From Vicinamibacteraceae bacterium (GTDB lineage: Bacteria; Planctomycetota; Phycisphaerae; Phycisphaerales; UBA5793), in contig WYBR01000040.1 of the NCBI GenBank assembly GCA_011525805.1, positions 112,407 to 176,406 of the forward strand: a stretch of DNA of 64,000 nucleotides. The letters are read 5' to 3'. The number at the start of each line of letters is the position of its first letter. The first letter of the stretch is position 1. Position numbers and translations under genes: made by a program. The notes below the pieces were generated by a model. That model saw only the letters and a list, made by a program, of their open reading frames with translations, did no database searches and had not been told where the DNA came from. Of the stretch, positions 35,185-43,654 are shown in pieces.

Positions 35185-35550
35185 ATGCCCCATTCCACGG
35201 CCCTGCTCATCGAACCCGAAACCGCGCCGGCCAGCGAGACGGACGAGCGGCCCTACCTCATCGCCGACCGCACCAACTTCGCGGTCAAGTCGGCGGCCGT
35301 CACTGTGGGCACGACTGCGGTTGAACTGACCGCCGGCCTGGCGCGGCGGCGCAAAGTTTACATCAAGAGCGTGTCCACCAGCGTCGCGAGCAGCGTCCTC
35401 CACGTCGGCGGATCCGGAGTCTCGACATCGAACGGCTATCCGATCCGCCTGAAGGATGAACTCTGGCTCGATCTCACGCCCGGCGCGGCGATCTACGGCA
35501 TCGTACCGTCAGGCACGGCGAACGTGCGCGTCTTGGAGGCCGGGGTATGA
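35185..35550 (+). CDS. island paralog P1, unnamed ~115-aa family
   Basis: 121 aa. GGAGGAGGG lies 5 nt upstream of the ATG. Family motifs: VTVGTTAVELT, RRRKVYIKS, NGYPIRLKDELWLDL, VRVLEAG. Confidence 0.8.
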   Translation: MPHSTALLIEPETAPASETDERPYLIADRTNFAVKSAAVTVGTTAVELTAGLARRRKVYIKSVSTSVASSVLHVGGSGVSTSNGYPIRLKDELWLDLTPGAAIYGIVPSGTANVRVLEAGV

Positions 35551-35909
35551 CTCTGCACAGCGACTCAGTTTCGCTCGACGAAGACGGCCGCGTTCGCATC
35601 AACCGCGCCTGTCCGGCGGTGAAACATGCACAGTTCTCTGTGGGCGATACGCAGGTGAAACTTGAAACGGGCCTGCCGAATCGCCGAACACTCATCATCA
35701 AGCCTGCGAGAAGCGGTACAGACCCGAATCGCTCTCGCCGCTGGATCCGTATCGGACCGGACGGTTTCGACCTGGCGAATGGCACACCCGTCTGGGAGGA
35801 GTTCGAACTGATCCTGAGTGTCAGCCCGGAGGATGAGGTGTATGCGCTCAAGGGCGACGATGAGGATGACCCTGTCGATGTTCGAATTCTCGAGATAGGA
35901 GAGGGATAA
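35547..35909 (+). CDS. island paralog P2, unnamed ~115-aa family
   Basis: 120 aa. ATGA overlap with P1. Family motifs: DEDGRVRI, FSVGDTQVKLE, NRRTLIIKP, VRILEIGE. Confidence 0.8.
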   Translation: MTLHSDSVSLDEDGRVRINRACPAVKHAQFSVGDTQVKLETGLPNRRTLIIKPARSGTDPNRSRRWIRIGPDGFDLANGTPVWEEFELILSVSPEDEVYALKGDDEDDPVDVRILEIGEG

Positions 35910-35912
35910 GTC

Positions 35913-36260
35913 ATGGGCAAGCCATCCAAGGCGTGGCCGATCGATCCGACGGGACGCGTGTGGATCACTGAAGCGGCCGACAAGGAGATCGCGACAGCCG
36001 AGATTACCGTCGGGACGACGGCCGTGACGCTGACCACGAATACAAGCGGATTGAAGCGCCGCAAACTCTTCGTTCAGAACACTCAAGTCGATCCTGCGGT
36101 TGTGGCCTATCTGGGTGACGCCAATGTATCCGCCGCCTCCGGATTTCCGCTCTATCCGTATGATGAAATCGAGCTCGACGTGACGTCGGACGCCGTGGTC
36201 AAGGCGATTCGTGCTTCGGGCGCAACGGACGGCAAACTCCGCATCATGGAGGTTGAATGA
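35913..36260 (+). CDS. island paralog P3, unnamed ~115-aa family
   Basis: 115 aa. Starts 3 nt after the P2 stop, with GGAGAGGGA upstream. Family motifs: DPTGRVWI, ITVGTTAVTLT, KRRKLFVQN, SGFPLYPYDEIELDV, LRIMEVE. Confidence 0.8.
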   Translation: MGKPSKAWPIDPTGRVWITEAADKEIATAEITVGTTAVTLTTNTSGLKRRKLFVQNTQVDPAVVAYLGDANVSAASGFPLYPYDEIELDVTSDAVVKAIRASGATDGKLRIMEVE

Positions 36261-36261
36261 C

Positions 36262-36681
36262 ATGGGACGTCGACTCCTGACCAAGGCGCCGAGGGTTGAT
36301 GAGACAGGCGCGATTCTCGTAAACCATGCTGCTGATCGGGTTGGAGGCGCGCAGGTTGGCAGAGTCGAAGACCTGGGAGCAACCGAAGTGTGCGTGCCGC
36401 TATCCGGGGGTTCGCCTCTCGCTGACAGGAAGTACCTTATCATGACAATGCCTTCGGAGGCAGTCAGCCTGAGCAAGCCGGGGACAGAGTTCACTTCAGC
36501 GTACAAACCCGGGGGCGCAGGCCGAGGTGCTACTTATAGTCAGCCGCCCGATCTCGCACGGTACTCTAACAGAAAGCAGTTTCTCCGGGGTCAGTACTTT
36601 CACCTGCCGTGTTTCGCTGGCGTCCAGATCTGCGCTCGAGCCGCCGCAACTGAGCCGTGTGCATCCCTGGAGTTGTCATGA
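36262..36681 (+). CDS. island paralog P4, most divergent member (Cys-containing, longer C-terminus)
   Basis: ORF 36211..36681 trimmed to ATG 36262, 1 nt after the P3 stop. Family motifs: DETGAILV, DRKYLIMTM, terminal SLELS. The rest is diverged. Confidence 0.65.
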   Translation: MGRRLLTKAPRVDETGAILVNHAADRVGGAQVGRVEDLGATEVCVPLSGGSPLADRKYLIMTMPSEAVSLSKPGTEFTSAYKPGGAGRGATYSQPPDLARYSNRKQFLRGQYFHLPCFAGVQICARAAATEPCASLELS

Positions 36682-37727
36682 ATGGTCTCGCGCCAGGATG
36701 GTTCTTAGCCGCGATCGCGATTGGCGCCTGCCCGACTACTGTGCTTGGCCAGGGTGTACTCTGGGACAATGGCCGCTACGACGAGAGCAGCAATCTAGCG
36801 TCCATGCGCAACCCGATGATCGAAGCGTGGACCGTTGACGATATCGTAATTGAATCAGATGTAGTTATCACCGGGTATCGCTGGTATTCAGTTCTGCGCA
36901 ACCGCTTCGAGCCGACGGGCGCGGACATCATCATTCTGACGGAGGGCTTCGCTAAGGTAATTGAACTGCGGGACGTGCCCGTAGAGGTGCGATTCGTCGG
37001 CGAAGTCATGGGTGTGCCGCGCTTTCAAATGGACTTGGAAAACCTATCTATCGGATTACCTCGCGGACACTACTATCTTGGAGCGCGCCCGGTGAGCGAC
37101 AGAGAAGGTGACGACGGCTATACGTTGCTGACCCGTACGATCTCGGGTGTAACGGCGGCGTACTTTCGATCAGTCTTTTTCGGGTATCCGGAGTGGACGT
37201 CGATTCTGAACATTCACGGCAGCCCATTCGATATCGGTTTCACCGTCTTCGGCCAGGTTGTGCGCGAGGAGGTGCGGGCGGCGTCCCTCACTATCCGCCT
37301 CGGCAGACATCTAGGCGGCGAAATCTCCGACCTTCACCAGAGTGATGACCGTTACGTTACCATCCGCGACCGCGCCCTCATGGCGATGAGTCTGCCCATG
37401 ATCCGCATGGAAGTCGAGGGCACGACCGCCGTCGAGACGGCCTCGCGCATCACTGTGACAGTCGAGACCGCCGCGAGCGGTCTGCCCAACCAACCTCTCC
37501 AGCGCCTCGCCCTCTTCGATTACATCGCCGGGCAATGGACCACCATCGACGAGCGCGCTGCGCCGCCCGTGGACACCGTCGTCGAGATTGTGGTCGTAGA
37601 CGACCCGGCGCGCTTCATCGCCCCCGGCGCCGGCCAACTCAAAATGCGCCTCGACTGGTTCGACCCTGGCGCAACCACCCCTTGGGGTGTGCGCATTGAC
37701 CACGCGACGTGGACGGTGGAGCGATAG
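36678..37727 (+). CDS. secreted hypothetical protein (signal peptide, two beta-rich domains)
   Basis: ATG 36678 overlaps the P4 stop (ATGA). Signal peptide is MNGLAPGWFLAAIAIGACPTTVLGQG, followed by VLWDNGRYDE. 349 aa. G+C is visibly low (42% in 36841..36900 by hand count). Confidence 0.8.
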   Translation: MNGLAPGWFLAAIAIGACPTTVLGQGVLWDNGRYDESSNLASMRNPMIEAWTVDDIVIESDVVITGYRWYSVLRNRFEPTGADIIILTEGFAKVIELRDVPVEVRFVGEVMGVPRFQMDLENLSIGLPRGHYYLGARPVSDREGDDGYTLLTRTISGVTAAYFRSVFFGYPEWTSILNIHGSPFDIGFTVFGQVVREEVRAASLTIRLGRHLGGEISDLHQSDDRYVTIRDRALMAMSLPMIRMEVEGTTAVETASRITVTVETAASGLPNQPLQRLALFDYIAGQWTTIDERAAPPVDTVVEIVVVDDPARFIAPGAGQLKMRLDWFDPGATTPWGVRIDHATWTVER

Positions 37728-37745
37728 CGATGCGCACACCGACGG

Positions 37746-38870
37746 TCAAGGAGAGATGGCGTCGATGGCGGCCCCAACGGCCTGCTCCGGCGGCCCATCC
37801 ACGACTTCCACCACGCCGGCGGCCACGGGGATGATCAGGCGGATCGAGCCCGCGCGGCTCTTCTTGTCCGACCGCATCGCGGCCAGGACTTCATTCATCG
37901 GCGGGCGCTGCGCCAGCCGCGTCGGCAGGCCGAGGCGGGGAAGCAGTGCGGCCAGCCGCCGCCGAAGCGAAGGCTCCGTCATGCCGAGGTGCTCGCCTGC
38001 GGCGCAGGCGGCCAGCAGACCGAGCGCCACCGCTTCGCCGTGCTCGAGATTCAGTTCCGGCCGCGTCTCGATCGCGTGGGCAAAGGTGTGGCCGAGGTTG
38101 AGGAACATGCGCACGCCCGACTCGCGCTCGTCGCGCTTGACGAAGTCGGTCTTGATCTCGACGTGGCGGGCGATGAAGCCGACGAGGTCCGCCGCGTGTT
38201 GCGGCGCCAGCGACTCGACGTTGGACTCCATCCACTCGAGCATTTCGGGGTCGGCGATGAGCGCATGCTTGACGCATTCGGCCAGGCCGCACGCGAAGAA
38301 CCGCGGCGGCAGGGTGGTCAGCGCCTCCACATCCATGAGGACCGCGACAGGCTGGTGGATGGCGCCGATGAGGTTCTTGCCGAGCGTCTCCGAGCCGGGC
38401 AGGGGAAAGTTGACGCCCGTCTTGCCGCCGATGGCCGCATCGACCATGCCCAGCAGCGTGGTGGGGATGTTGATGAGCGGCACGCCGCGCATGAACGTCG
38501 CCGCGGCGAGGCCGGCCGTGTCGGTGATGATCCCCCCGCCGAGCGCGATGACGGGGCCGGCGCGATCCATTCCGAAGTCGAGAAAGGCGCCGTAGAGATC
38601 GGCGACGGACTGGAGAGACTTGTGTTCTTCGTTTGCGTCCATCGGGACGATGGCGGCTTCGAACGCCGCCTCGGCAAGCGATCGGGCTGCCGCCTGCGCG
38701 TGCGTCTGAGCGATCGCGGAGTCGCAGACGATCACGGCCCGCCGGCTGCTGACGAGTTCAGCGATGATCGTGCCGCTCCTGCCCAGCAGGCCGGCGCCGA
38801 TATGCACGGCGCACTGCCGCGACGCCTCCGGAAACTGCACGTCGATCCGCACGCGATCGTTATCGCTCAT
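37746..38870 (-). CDS. aroB: 3-dehydroquinate synthase
   Basis: GGGIITDTAGLAAATFMRGVPLINIPTTLLGMVDAAIGGKTGVNFP and NLGHTFAHAIE motifs. Confidence 0.95.
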   Translation of the reverse strand: MSDNDRVRIDVQFPEASRQCAVHIGAGLLGRSGTIIAELVSSRRAVIVCDSAIAQTHAQAAARSLAEAAFEAAIVPMDANEEHKSLQSVADLYGAFLDFGMDRAGPVIALGGGIITDTAGLAAATFMRGVPLINIPTTLLGMVDAAIGGKTGVNFPLPGSETLGKNLIGAIHQPVAVLMDVEALTTLPPRFFACGLAECVKHALIADPEMLEWMESNVESLAPQHAADLVGFIARHVEIKTDFVKRDERESGVRMFLNLGHTFAHAIETRPELNLEHGEAVALGLLAACAAGEHLGMTEPSLRRRLAALLPRLGLPTRLAQRPPMNEVLAAMRSDKKSRAGSIRLIIPVAAGVVEVVDGPPEQAVGAAIDAISP

Positions 38871-39699
38871 GCGTCATGGTATCGCTGGCGCGGCGGCGAA
38901 GTTCGGCGAGCGCGTCGGCAGGCTCGGGGGGGAGATTCGTATCGTTCCATCGTTCGGGTTCGAGAAGCGCCGCCGTTTGCGGCTCCGCGAGTCCTCGGCG
39001 CTTCACAACCATGAGGCGAGTGAGCCACAACAGCACGATCGCCATCCCGACCGCAAGAACGGCGCCGCTCCAACCGCGCCACGACTGTGGGGCAGCGGGG
39101 GAGTAAACGGGATTCGCCCCGACAAAAACGAGAACGCGCTGCTCGCCCGCCGCGTCCATGTCTTCGAGGCCGATCGCCCCTCCCGGGCCGGATCGACGCA
39201 TTCGCGCAATCGCGGTCTTGTGAAAGAACGCGGCGATTGTGATGTTTCCAACGTGATCGCCCGGCGCGGCCGTGCCCTGCGGCTCGTGAATGAGCAGGAG
39301 GATCGGCTCATCGATGTCGGGCGAAGCGAACTGCCACGCGCTGAGGCCGTCGATGCCGAAGGCTCGCTCGGCGACGCGCGTGGCGGGGCCGGTCGAGAGG
39401 CGAATCACTTCGCCGCGATGGGCATGCGGATCGTCCCATATGGCGCGCCAGGGCGGAGCGGGCAGGGAAGTCACTTCGACCCGCGCAGCCGCGTCCGAAA
39501 GCATGGTCTCCAGGTGCGAATCTGCGGCGAGAGGCTGGTCGTCGAGGATCGGCGCCGGTTCGTCAACGACCTGCCCCTGAACTACCGCCGGCTGCGCTGC
39601 GAGAGCGATGATGATGAGCATTCGCCCTGCGGGCATGGCGGATTGTATCGAGGGGTTGCGCCATCTGATCGCGACTCTGAACGCCCGCCAGGCGACCAT
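38860..39699 (-). CDS. hypothetical membrane-anchored protein
   Basis: Signal/anchor-like MLIIIALAAQPAVVQG near the N-terminus and a C-terminal TM AVLAVGMAIVLLWLTRLMVV. 11-nt overlap with aroB. Start uncertain. Confidence 0.55.
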   Translation of the reverse strand: MVAWRAFRVAIRWRNPSIQSAMPAGRMLIIIALAAQPAVVQGQVVDEPAPILDDQPLAADSHLETMLSDAAARVEVTSLPAPPWRAIWDDPHAHRGEVIRLSTGPATRVAERAFGIDGLSAWQFASPDIDEPILLLIHEPQGTAAPGDHVGNITIAAFFHKTAIARMRRSGPGGAIGLEDMDAAGEQRVLVFVGANPVYSPAAPQSWRGWSGAVLAVGMAIVLLWLTRLMVVKRRGLAEPQTAALLEPERWNDTNLPPEPADALAELRRRASDTMTHER

Positions 39700-39702
39700 C
39701 GC

Positions 39703-40371
39703 CTACCACTCGTAGCCCATGTCTTCGGCGATGCGGTAGAGAGTCGAAAGGAGCGTTGCCGCGAATGCGCACTTTCCTGCCGCCTCGGCATCTCCTCGTT
39801 CTCTCCAGTAATCCGACAACTGTTCAAACTCCTCAATCATGGGAATAGCCGTACGTGCTTCTTTCAGAGTCCGTTCTACTTCAGCGGCGCGGCCCGAAGC
39901 AACGGCCGATTCCGCCATAAGATGCGTATCGCGGAGTTTGCACTGAGCGAAGAAGTCGCGCAACTCCAGTTGCGGCTTTTCGCGCATGTGTTTCCTCGCC
40001 CATCCGGTGAACGCCGGTTTATCCAGTTCGCCCGCGGCGAGGGCGAGAATCCCTGCTTCCGCTTCGTCAACCGGAGCTTCGAATCTCCAGCCGTTGTCCG
40101 ACAGAAACGCGATCATCGCAGCGGTGGCAGCCCGCTTGTTGCCATCAACGAAGGGGTGGTTCTTGCAGATGTGAAACGCATACGCCGCAGCCATCGCGGG
40201 GATGTCGTGGTGGAGATACTCGCCGGCGAACTGCTGCTGAGGCATCGCGATGGCCGACTCCAGAAGTGAGCGGTCGCGAATGGACGGATCGCCCCCTTGA
40301 TCGATGATCGCGATCTGATGGAGGCGAAGGACATCGTCGATGGCCAGGAAGCGAATTGCACCGGGCATCAC
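39703..40371 (-). CDS. doc: Doc (death-on-curing, Fic-fold) toxin with ~90-aa C-terminal extension
   Basis: Fic/Doc motif HICKNHPFVDGNKRAATAA. N-terminus is LAIDDVLRLHQIAIIDQGGDPSIRDRSLLESA. Total length is 222 aa. Confidence 0.85.
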   Translation of the reverse strand: MMPGAIRFLAIDDVLRLHQIAIIDQGGDPSIRDRSLLESAIAMPQQQFAGEYLHHDIPAMAAAYAFHICKNHPFVDGNKRAATAAMIAFLSDNGWRFEAPVDEAEAGILALAAGELDKPAFTGWARKHMREKPQLELRDFFAQCKLRDTHLMAESAVASGRAAEVERTLKEARTAIPMIEEFEQLSDYWRERGDAEAAGKCAFAATLLSTLYRIAEDMGYEW

Positions 40372-40586
40372 TTAGCCAGCCGTCGTATGAGTTCGCCATG
40401 CTTGCCGAACACCTCGCGCACGTGCCGATCGAATCGAGCGGAATCGACTCCAGCCTGCGCGCGCGACATGAGGTAGGACAGATAGGCCTCCAAGGAGAGG
40501 TTCATCTGCCTCGCGTTTTCCTCGAAGAGCCGCTTGAGGTCAGCACTGGCGGGAATCTGAATGGTCTCGCGATGGGCGGTTCCCAT
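40368..40586 (-). CDS. antitoxin, probable ribbon-helix-helix type
   Basis: 72 aa. 4-nt overlap with doc. The beta-strand/helix pattern ETIQIPASADLKRLFEENARQMNLSLEAYLSYLM suggests RHH. Confidence 0.7.
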   Translation of the reverse strand: MGTAHRETIQIPASADLKRLFEENARQMNLSLEAYLSYLMSRAQAGVDSARFDRHVREVFGKHGELIRRLAK

Positions 40587-40596
40587 GCTTCAATTA

Positions 40597-40608
40597 TTGG
40601 CGCGCCAA
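40597..40608. promoter_or_regulatory. perfect 12-nt palindrome TTGGCGCGCCAA, candidate TA operator
   Basis: Lies 11-22 nt upstream of the antitoxin ATG (40586), next to an AT-rich CAATAATTG patch. Confidence 0.35.
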
Positions 40609-40655
40609 ACGCGATCAGCCAGCCGTCCCGTTCGGTTCCCGGTTTCGGGCTCCGC

Positions 40656-42236
40656 CTACTCCCACTCAATCGTCGCGGGCGGCTTCGAACTGATATCGTA
40701 GACCACGCGGTTCACGCCGCGGATCTCGTTGATGATCCGCGAACTGATCGTTGCCAGGACGTTGAAGGGGATGCGCGCCCAGTCGGCGGTCATGAAGTCC
40801 TGCGTCTCGACGGCCCGGATCGCCAGAACGCTCTCATAGGTCCGCCCGTCGCCCATCACGCCGACGGACTGGATCGGCAGGAGGACGGCAAAGACCTGGC
40901 TCGTGCTGCGGTAGAGATTGTTGGCCACGATCTCCTCGAGGAGAATCTCATCGCAGTCGCGGAGCACTTCGAGGCGCGCCTTGGTCACCTCGCCGATGAT
41001 GCGCACGGCCAGTCCCGGCCCCGGGAAGGGGTGGCGCCAGATGATCTGGTCCGGCAGGCCGAGCACCGCGCCGAGTTTGCGCACCTCGTCTTTGAAGAGG
41101 TCGCGCAGCGGCTCGATGAGTTTGAATCCGAGTTGCTCGGGCAGGCCGCCGACGTTGTGGTGGAGTTTGATGTTCGCCGCCGTCCCCGCGAGGCTGTGGC
41201 CCGACTCGATCACGTCGGGGTAGAGCGTGCCTTGTGCCAGATACTCGATGCCGCCGATTTCGCGGGCGGTTTGCTTGAAGACTTCGATGAAGCGGTGGCC
41301 GATGCGAACGCGTTTTTCCTGGGGGTCGGTTACGCCCTTGAGGTCGGCGAGGAACTGCTCGGAAGCGTCGACGACGCGCAAGTCGGCGTCGAAGTGGTCG
41401 CGGAACGTCGATTCGACGAGTTGCCGCTCCGCCTTGCGAAGCAGGCCGTTGTCCACGAAGACGCAGGTCAGTTGTCGGCCGATGGCGCGGATGAGCATGG
41501 CCGCGAGGACGGAGGAATCGACCCCGCCCGAGAGGCCGCAGATCACGCGCTTGTCGCCGACTTCCTCGCGGATGCGCCGGCACTCGCTTTCAAGGAACTC
41601 GCTCATCCGCCACGTGCCGCGGCACTGGCAGATCTGGTAGATGAAGTTGCGGAGGATGTCGATGCCGTGCGGCGTGTGAGTGACTTCGGGATGAAACAGC
41701 AGGCCGTAGAAGTTTCGGCGGCGATGGCGGACGGCGGCGATGGGGCACGTCGGCGTTGTGGCAAGCGCTTCAAATCCGGCGGGCAGCGACTCGACGTGAT
41801 CGCCGTGACTCATCCAGACGGTCGTTGAGGTAGGGAGGTTCGACAGGAGCCCCTGCTCTTCGGCGGGAAGGATGGTCAGGTTGGCGCGGCCGAACTCGCG
41901 CTTGCCCGCCGAGCGCACATCCGCCCCGAGCATGTGGCAGGCGAGTTGCATTCCGTAGCAGATGCCCAGAATCGGCACGCCGAGATCGAAGAGCCGTTCA
42001 TCGCAGCGCGGCGCGCCGGCCTCGTTGACGCTGCTGGGGCCGCCGGAGAGGATGATCCCCTTGGGACGCAACTCGCGGAGTCGTTCGATCGGCGTCTGCG
42101 GCGCTGCAAGAACGCTGAACGCTCCAGCCTCGCGCACCCGGCGGGCGATCAACTGGGCGAACTGCGAGCCGAAGTCAAGGATGACGATGACGTCGACGTT
42201 CTCCGGAATCCGGGGGTTCGGATGCTTCTCGGCCAT
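40656..42236 (-). CDS. guaA: GMP synthase (glutamine-hydrolysing)
   Basis: Class I GATase N-terminus (GICYGMQL), PP-loop [11 protein letters not shown], and C-terminal [12 protein letters not shown]. Confidence 0.95.
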   Translation of the reverse strand: MAEKHPNPRIPENVDVIVILDFGSQFAQLIARRVREAGAFSVLAAPQTPIERLRELRPKGIILSGGPSSVNEAGAPRCDERLFDLGVPILGICYGMQLACHMLGADVRSAGKREFGRANLTILPAEEQGLLSNLPTSTTVWMSHGDHVESLPAGFEALATTPTCPIAAVRHRRRNFYGLLFHPEVTHTPHGIDILRNFIYQICQCRGTWRMSEFLESECRRIREEVGDKRVICGLSGGVDSSVLAAMLIRAIGRQLTCVFVDNGLLRKAERQLVESTFRDHFDADLRVVDASEQFLADLKGVTDPQEKRVRIGHRFIEVFKQTAREIGGIEYLAQGTLYPDVIESGHSLAGTAANIKLHHNVGGLPEQLGFKLIEPLRDLFKDEVRKLGAVLGLPDQIIWRHPFPGPGLAVRIIGEVTKARLEVLRDCDEILLEEIVANNLYRSTSQVFAVLLPIQSVGVMGDGRTYESVLAIRAVETQDFMTADWARIPFNVLATISSRIINEIRGVNRVVYDISSKPPATIEWE

Positions 42237-42366
42237 GAACGCTCTGCCTTTCCAGCCGGGGAAACGAGAGTGTATGGCACAGTCGGGCGGCGTCCAAGAC
42301 GATAAGGTGGGAGACCCCGGAGATGCGGCTTTCGCCCCGGGGCGATCGAAACTCGGGGAATGGTCG

Positions 42367-42825
42367 ATGCCCTACAATCACGCGATGCACCGGACAAGGG
42401 GTTGGATTCGGGCAGGCGCCTGGGCGCTGAGCGGGTGCGTGCTGGTGACGGCGACGGGGTGCGCTCCGCCGGCAATCACTGGCGACTTCGACTCGCCCCA
42501 CGCCGCCTCGCGCCTCTTCGCCGCCCGCCGCGCCGCCGCCGAAACCGATCCCGCGCGCCTCGCGGCCGCGATGCCCGGCCTCATTCGCAACCTCGATTCC
42601 GACGATCCCGCCGTCCGCCTCCTGTCCATCGAGGCGCTGGAGAAACTGACCGGAGAGACCTTCGGCTACCGCCACTTCGATCCCGAGTGGCTGCGAGCGC
42701 CCGCGGTCGCCCGTTGGGCGGCGGCGTGGGAGGGGGGCGAAGTTCGACTCCGCGACGGGACACCCGTCGGGCCGGATACACTTGGAGCCGTCGTCGCCGC
42801 CGAGAGGACCGCGATTGAACGCTGA
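42367..42825 (+). CDS. lipoprotein with HEAT-like repeat
   Basis: In-frame ATG 42367 of ORF 41962..42825. Lipobox-like LVTATGC. HEAT-like segment [21 protein letters not shown]. Confidence 0.6.
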   Translation: MPYNHAMHRTRGWIRAGAWALSGCVLVTATGCAPPAITGDFDSPHAASRLFAARRAAAETDPARLAAAMPGLIRNLDSDDPAVRLLSIEALEKLTGETFGYRHFDPEWLRAPAVARWAAAWEGGEVRLRDGTPVGPDTLGAVVAAERTAIER

Positions 42826-43273
42826 TCCGCACGTCAAGATCGACATGCTCTCCCAGCCACGCTACCTCGCCGGCGCGCGGGCGATGATCGCCTCAGTCGC
42901 GCGGCGCCTCGGCTTCGGCGAATCGGATTGCGCGCACGTCGCGCTGGCCCTCGACGAGGCCCTGTGCAACGTCATCAAGCACGGCTACGAGAAGCGCGAC
43001 GATCAGCACATCTGGATCAGCATCTGGCCGCTGCACGGCTCGTGCTGCGGAATCCGCATTCTCGTCGAGGATCGCGGGCGACAGGTCGACCCCGAGGAAA
43101 TCCGCTCCCGCCAACTCGACGACATCCGCCCCGGCGGCCTCGGCGTTCACATCATCAGCCAGGTGATGGATCGCGTGCAGTACGCCAAGCGCGAGGGCGG
43201 CGGCATGTCGCTTCTCATGGAGAAGCACCTCGCGGCCGGGCAGGCGCCGTTCGCGCGAAAGGAGACGGCCTGA
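42782..43273 (+). CDS. anti-sigma-factor-type serine kinase (RsbW/SpoIIAB-like HATPase)
   Basis: N-box DEALCNVIKHG, then VEDRGRQVD and GGLGVHIISQVMD. The start is ambiguous (42782, TTG 42815 or ATG 42845) and overlaps the upstream stop. Confidence 0.8.
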   Translation: MEPSSPPRGPRLNADPHVKIDMLSQPRYLAGARAMIASVARRLGFGESDCAHVALALDEALCNVIKHGYEKRDDQHIWISIWPLHGSCCGIRILVEDRGRQVDPEEIRSRQLDDIRPGGLGVHIISQVMDRVQYAKREGGGMSLLMEKHLAAGQAPFARKETA

Positions 43274-43274
43274 G

Positions 43275-43622
43275 ATGGTCCACGCCGATGATCTGCCCGT
43301 GGAGGCTGAGAACCGCGGCGATACCGTCGTCCTTCGGCCCGCCGGCGAGATCGACCTCGCCCGCTCGCCAGCCCTGCGCTCGGCGATCAGCCGCGCCCAG
43401 CAGGGGCGTCCGCGCCGTCTCATCGTCGATCTCAACCAGGTTCCCTACATGGACAGTTCCGGGGTCGCGACCCTCGTCGAGGCGATGCAGGTGGCGCGGC
43501 GGTACGGCGGGGCGCTGGTCCTGTGCTGCCTCCAGGACCGGGTTCGATCCATCTTCGAGATCGCACGGCTCGACAGCGTCTTCCGAATCGTCGGCTCATT
43601 CGAGGAGGCCATCGACGGCTGA
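43275..43622 (+). CDS. STAS-domain protein (anti-sigma-factor antagonist RsbV/SpoIIAA-like, or MlaB-like)
   Basis: GDTVVLRPAGEIDLARSPALRSAI, and the phosphorylatable-serine context DLNQVPYMDSSGVATLV. Starts 1 nt after the kinase gene. Confidence 0.85.
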   Translation: MVHADDLPVEAENRGDTVVLRPAGEIDLARSPALRSAISRAQQGRPRRLIVDLNQVPYMDSSGVATLVEAMQVARRYGGALVLCCLQDRVRSIFEIARLDSVFRIVGSFEEAIDG

Positions 43623-43654
43623 GCCCGCCGCGGCCCTTGCGTTTCTGACCGCTC

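Noticed and set aside
35565-36506. 313-aa antisense ORF spanning island genes P2-P4.
   Set aside because: Its translation is Arg/Ser-rich with no motifs. The sense strand shows the same protein motif set repeated in frame in consecutive genes, with ribosome-binding sites and coupled start/stop overlaps. That pattern cannot be explained by the antisense reading.
34581-37745. Search for mobility signatures around the low-GC island (integrase, transposase, tRNA target, flanking direct repeats).
   Set aside because: None was found by eye, so the island cannot be called a mobile element. Foreign origin rests only on composition, strand switch and gene content.
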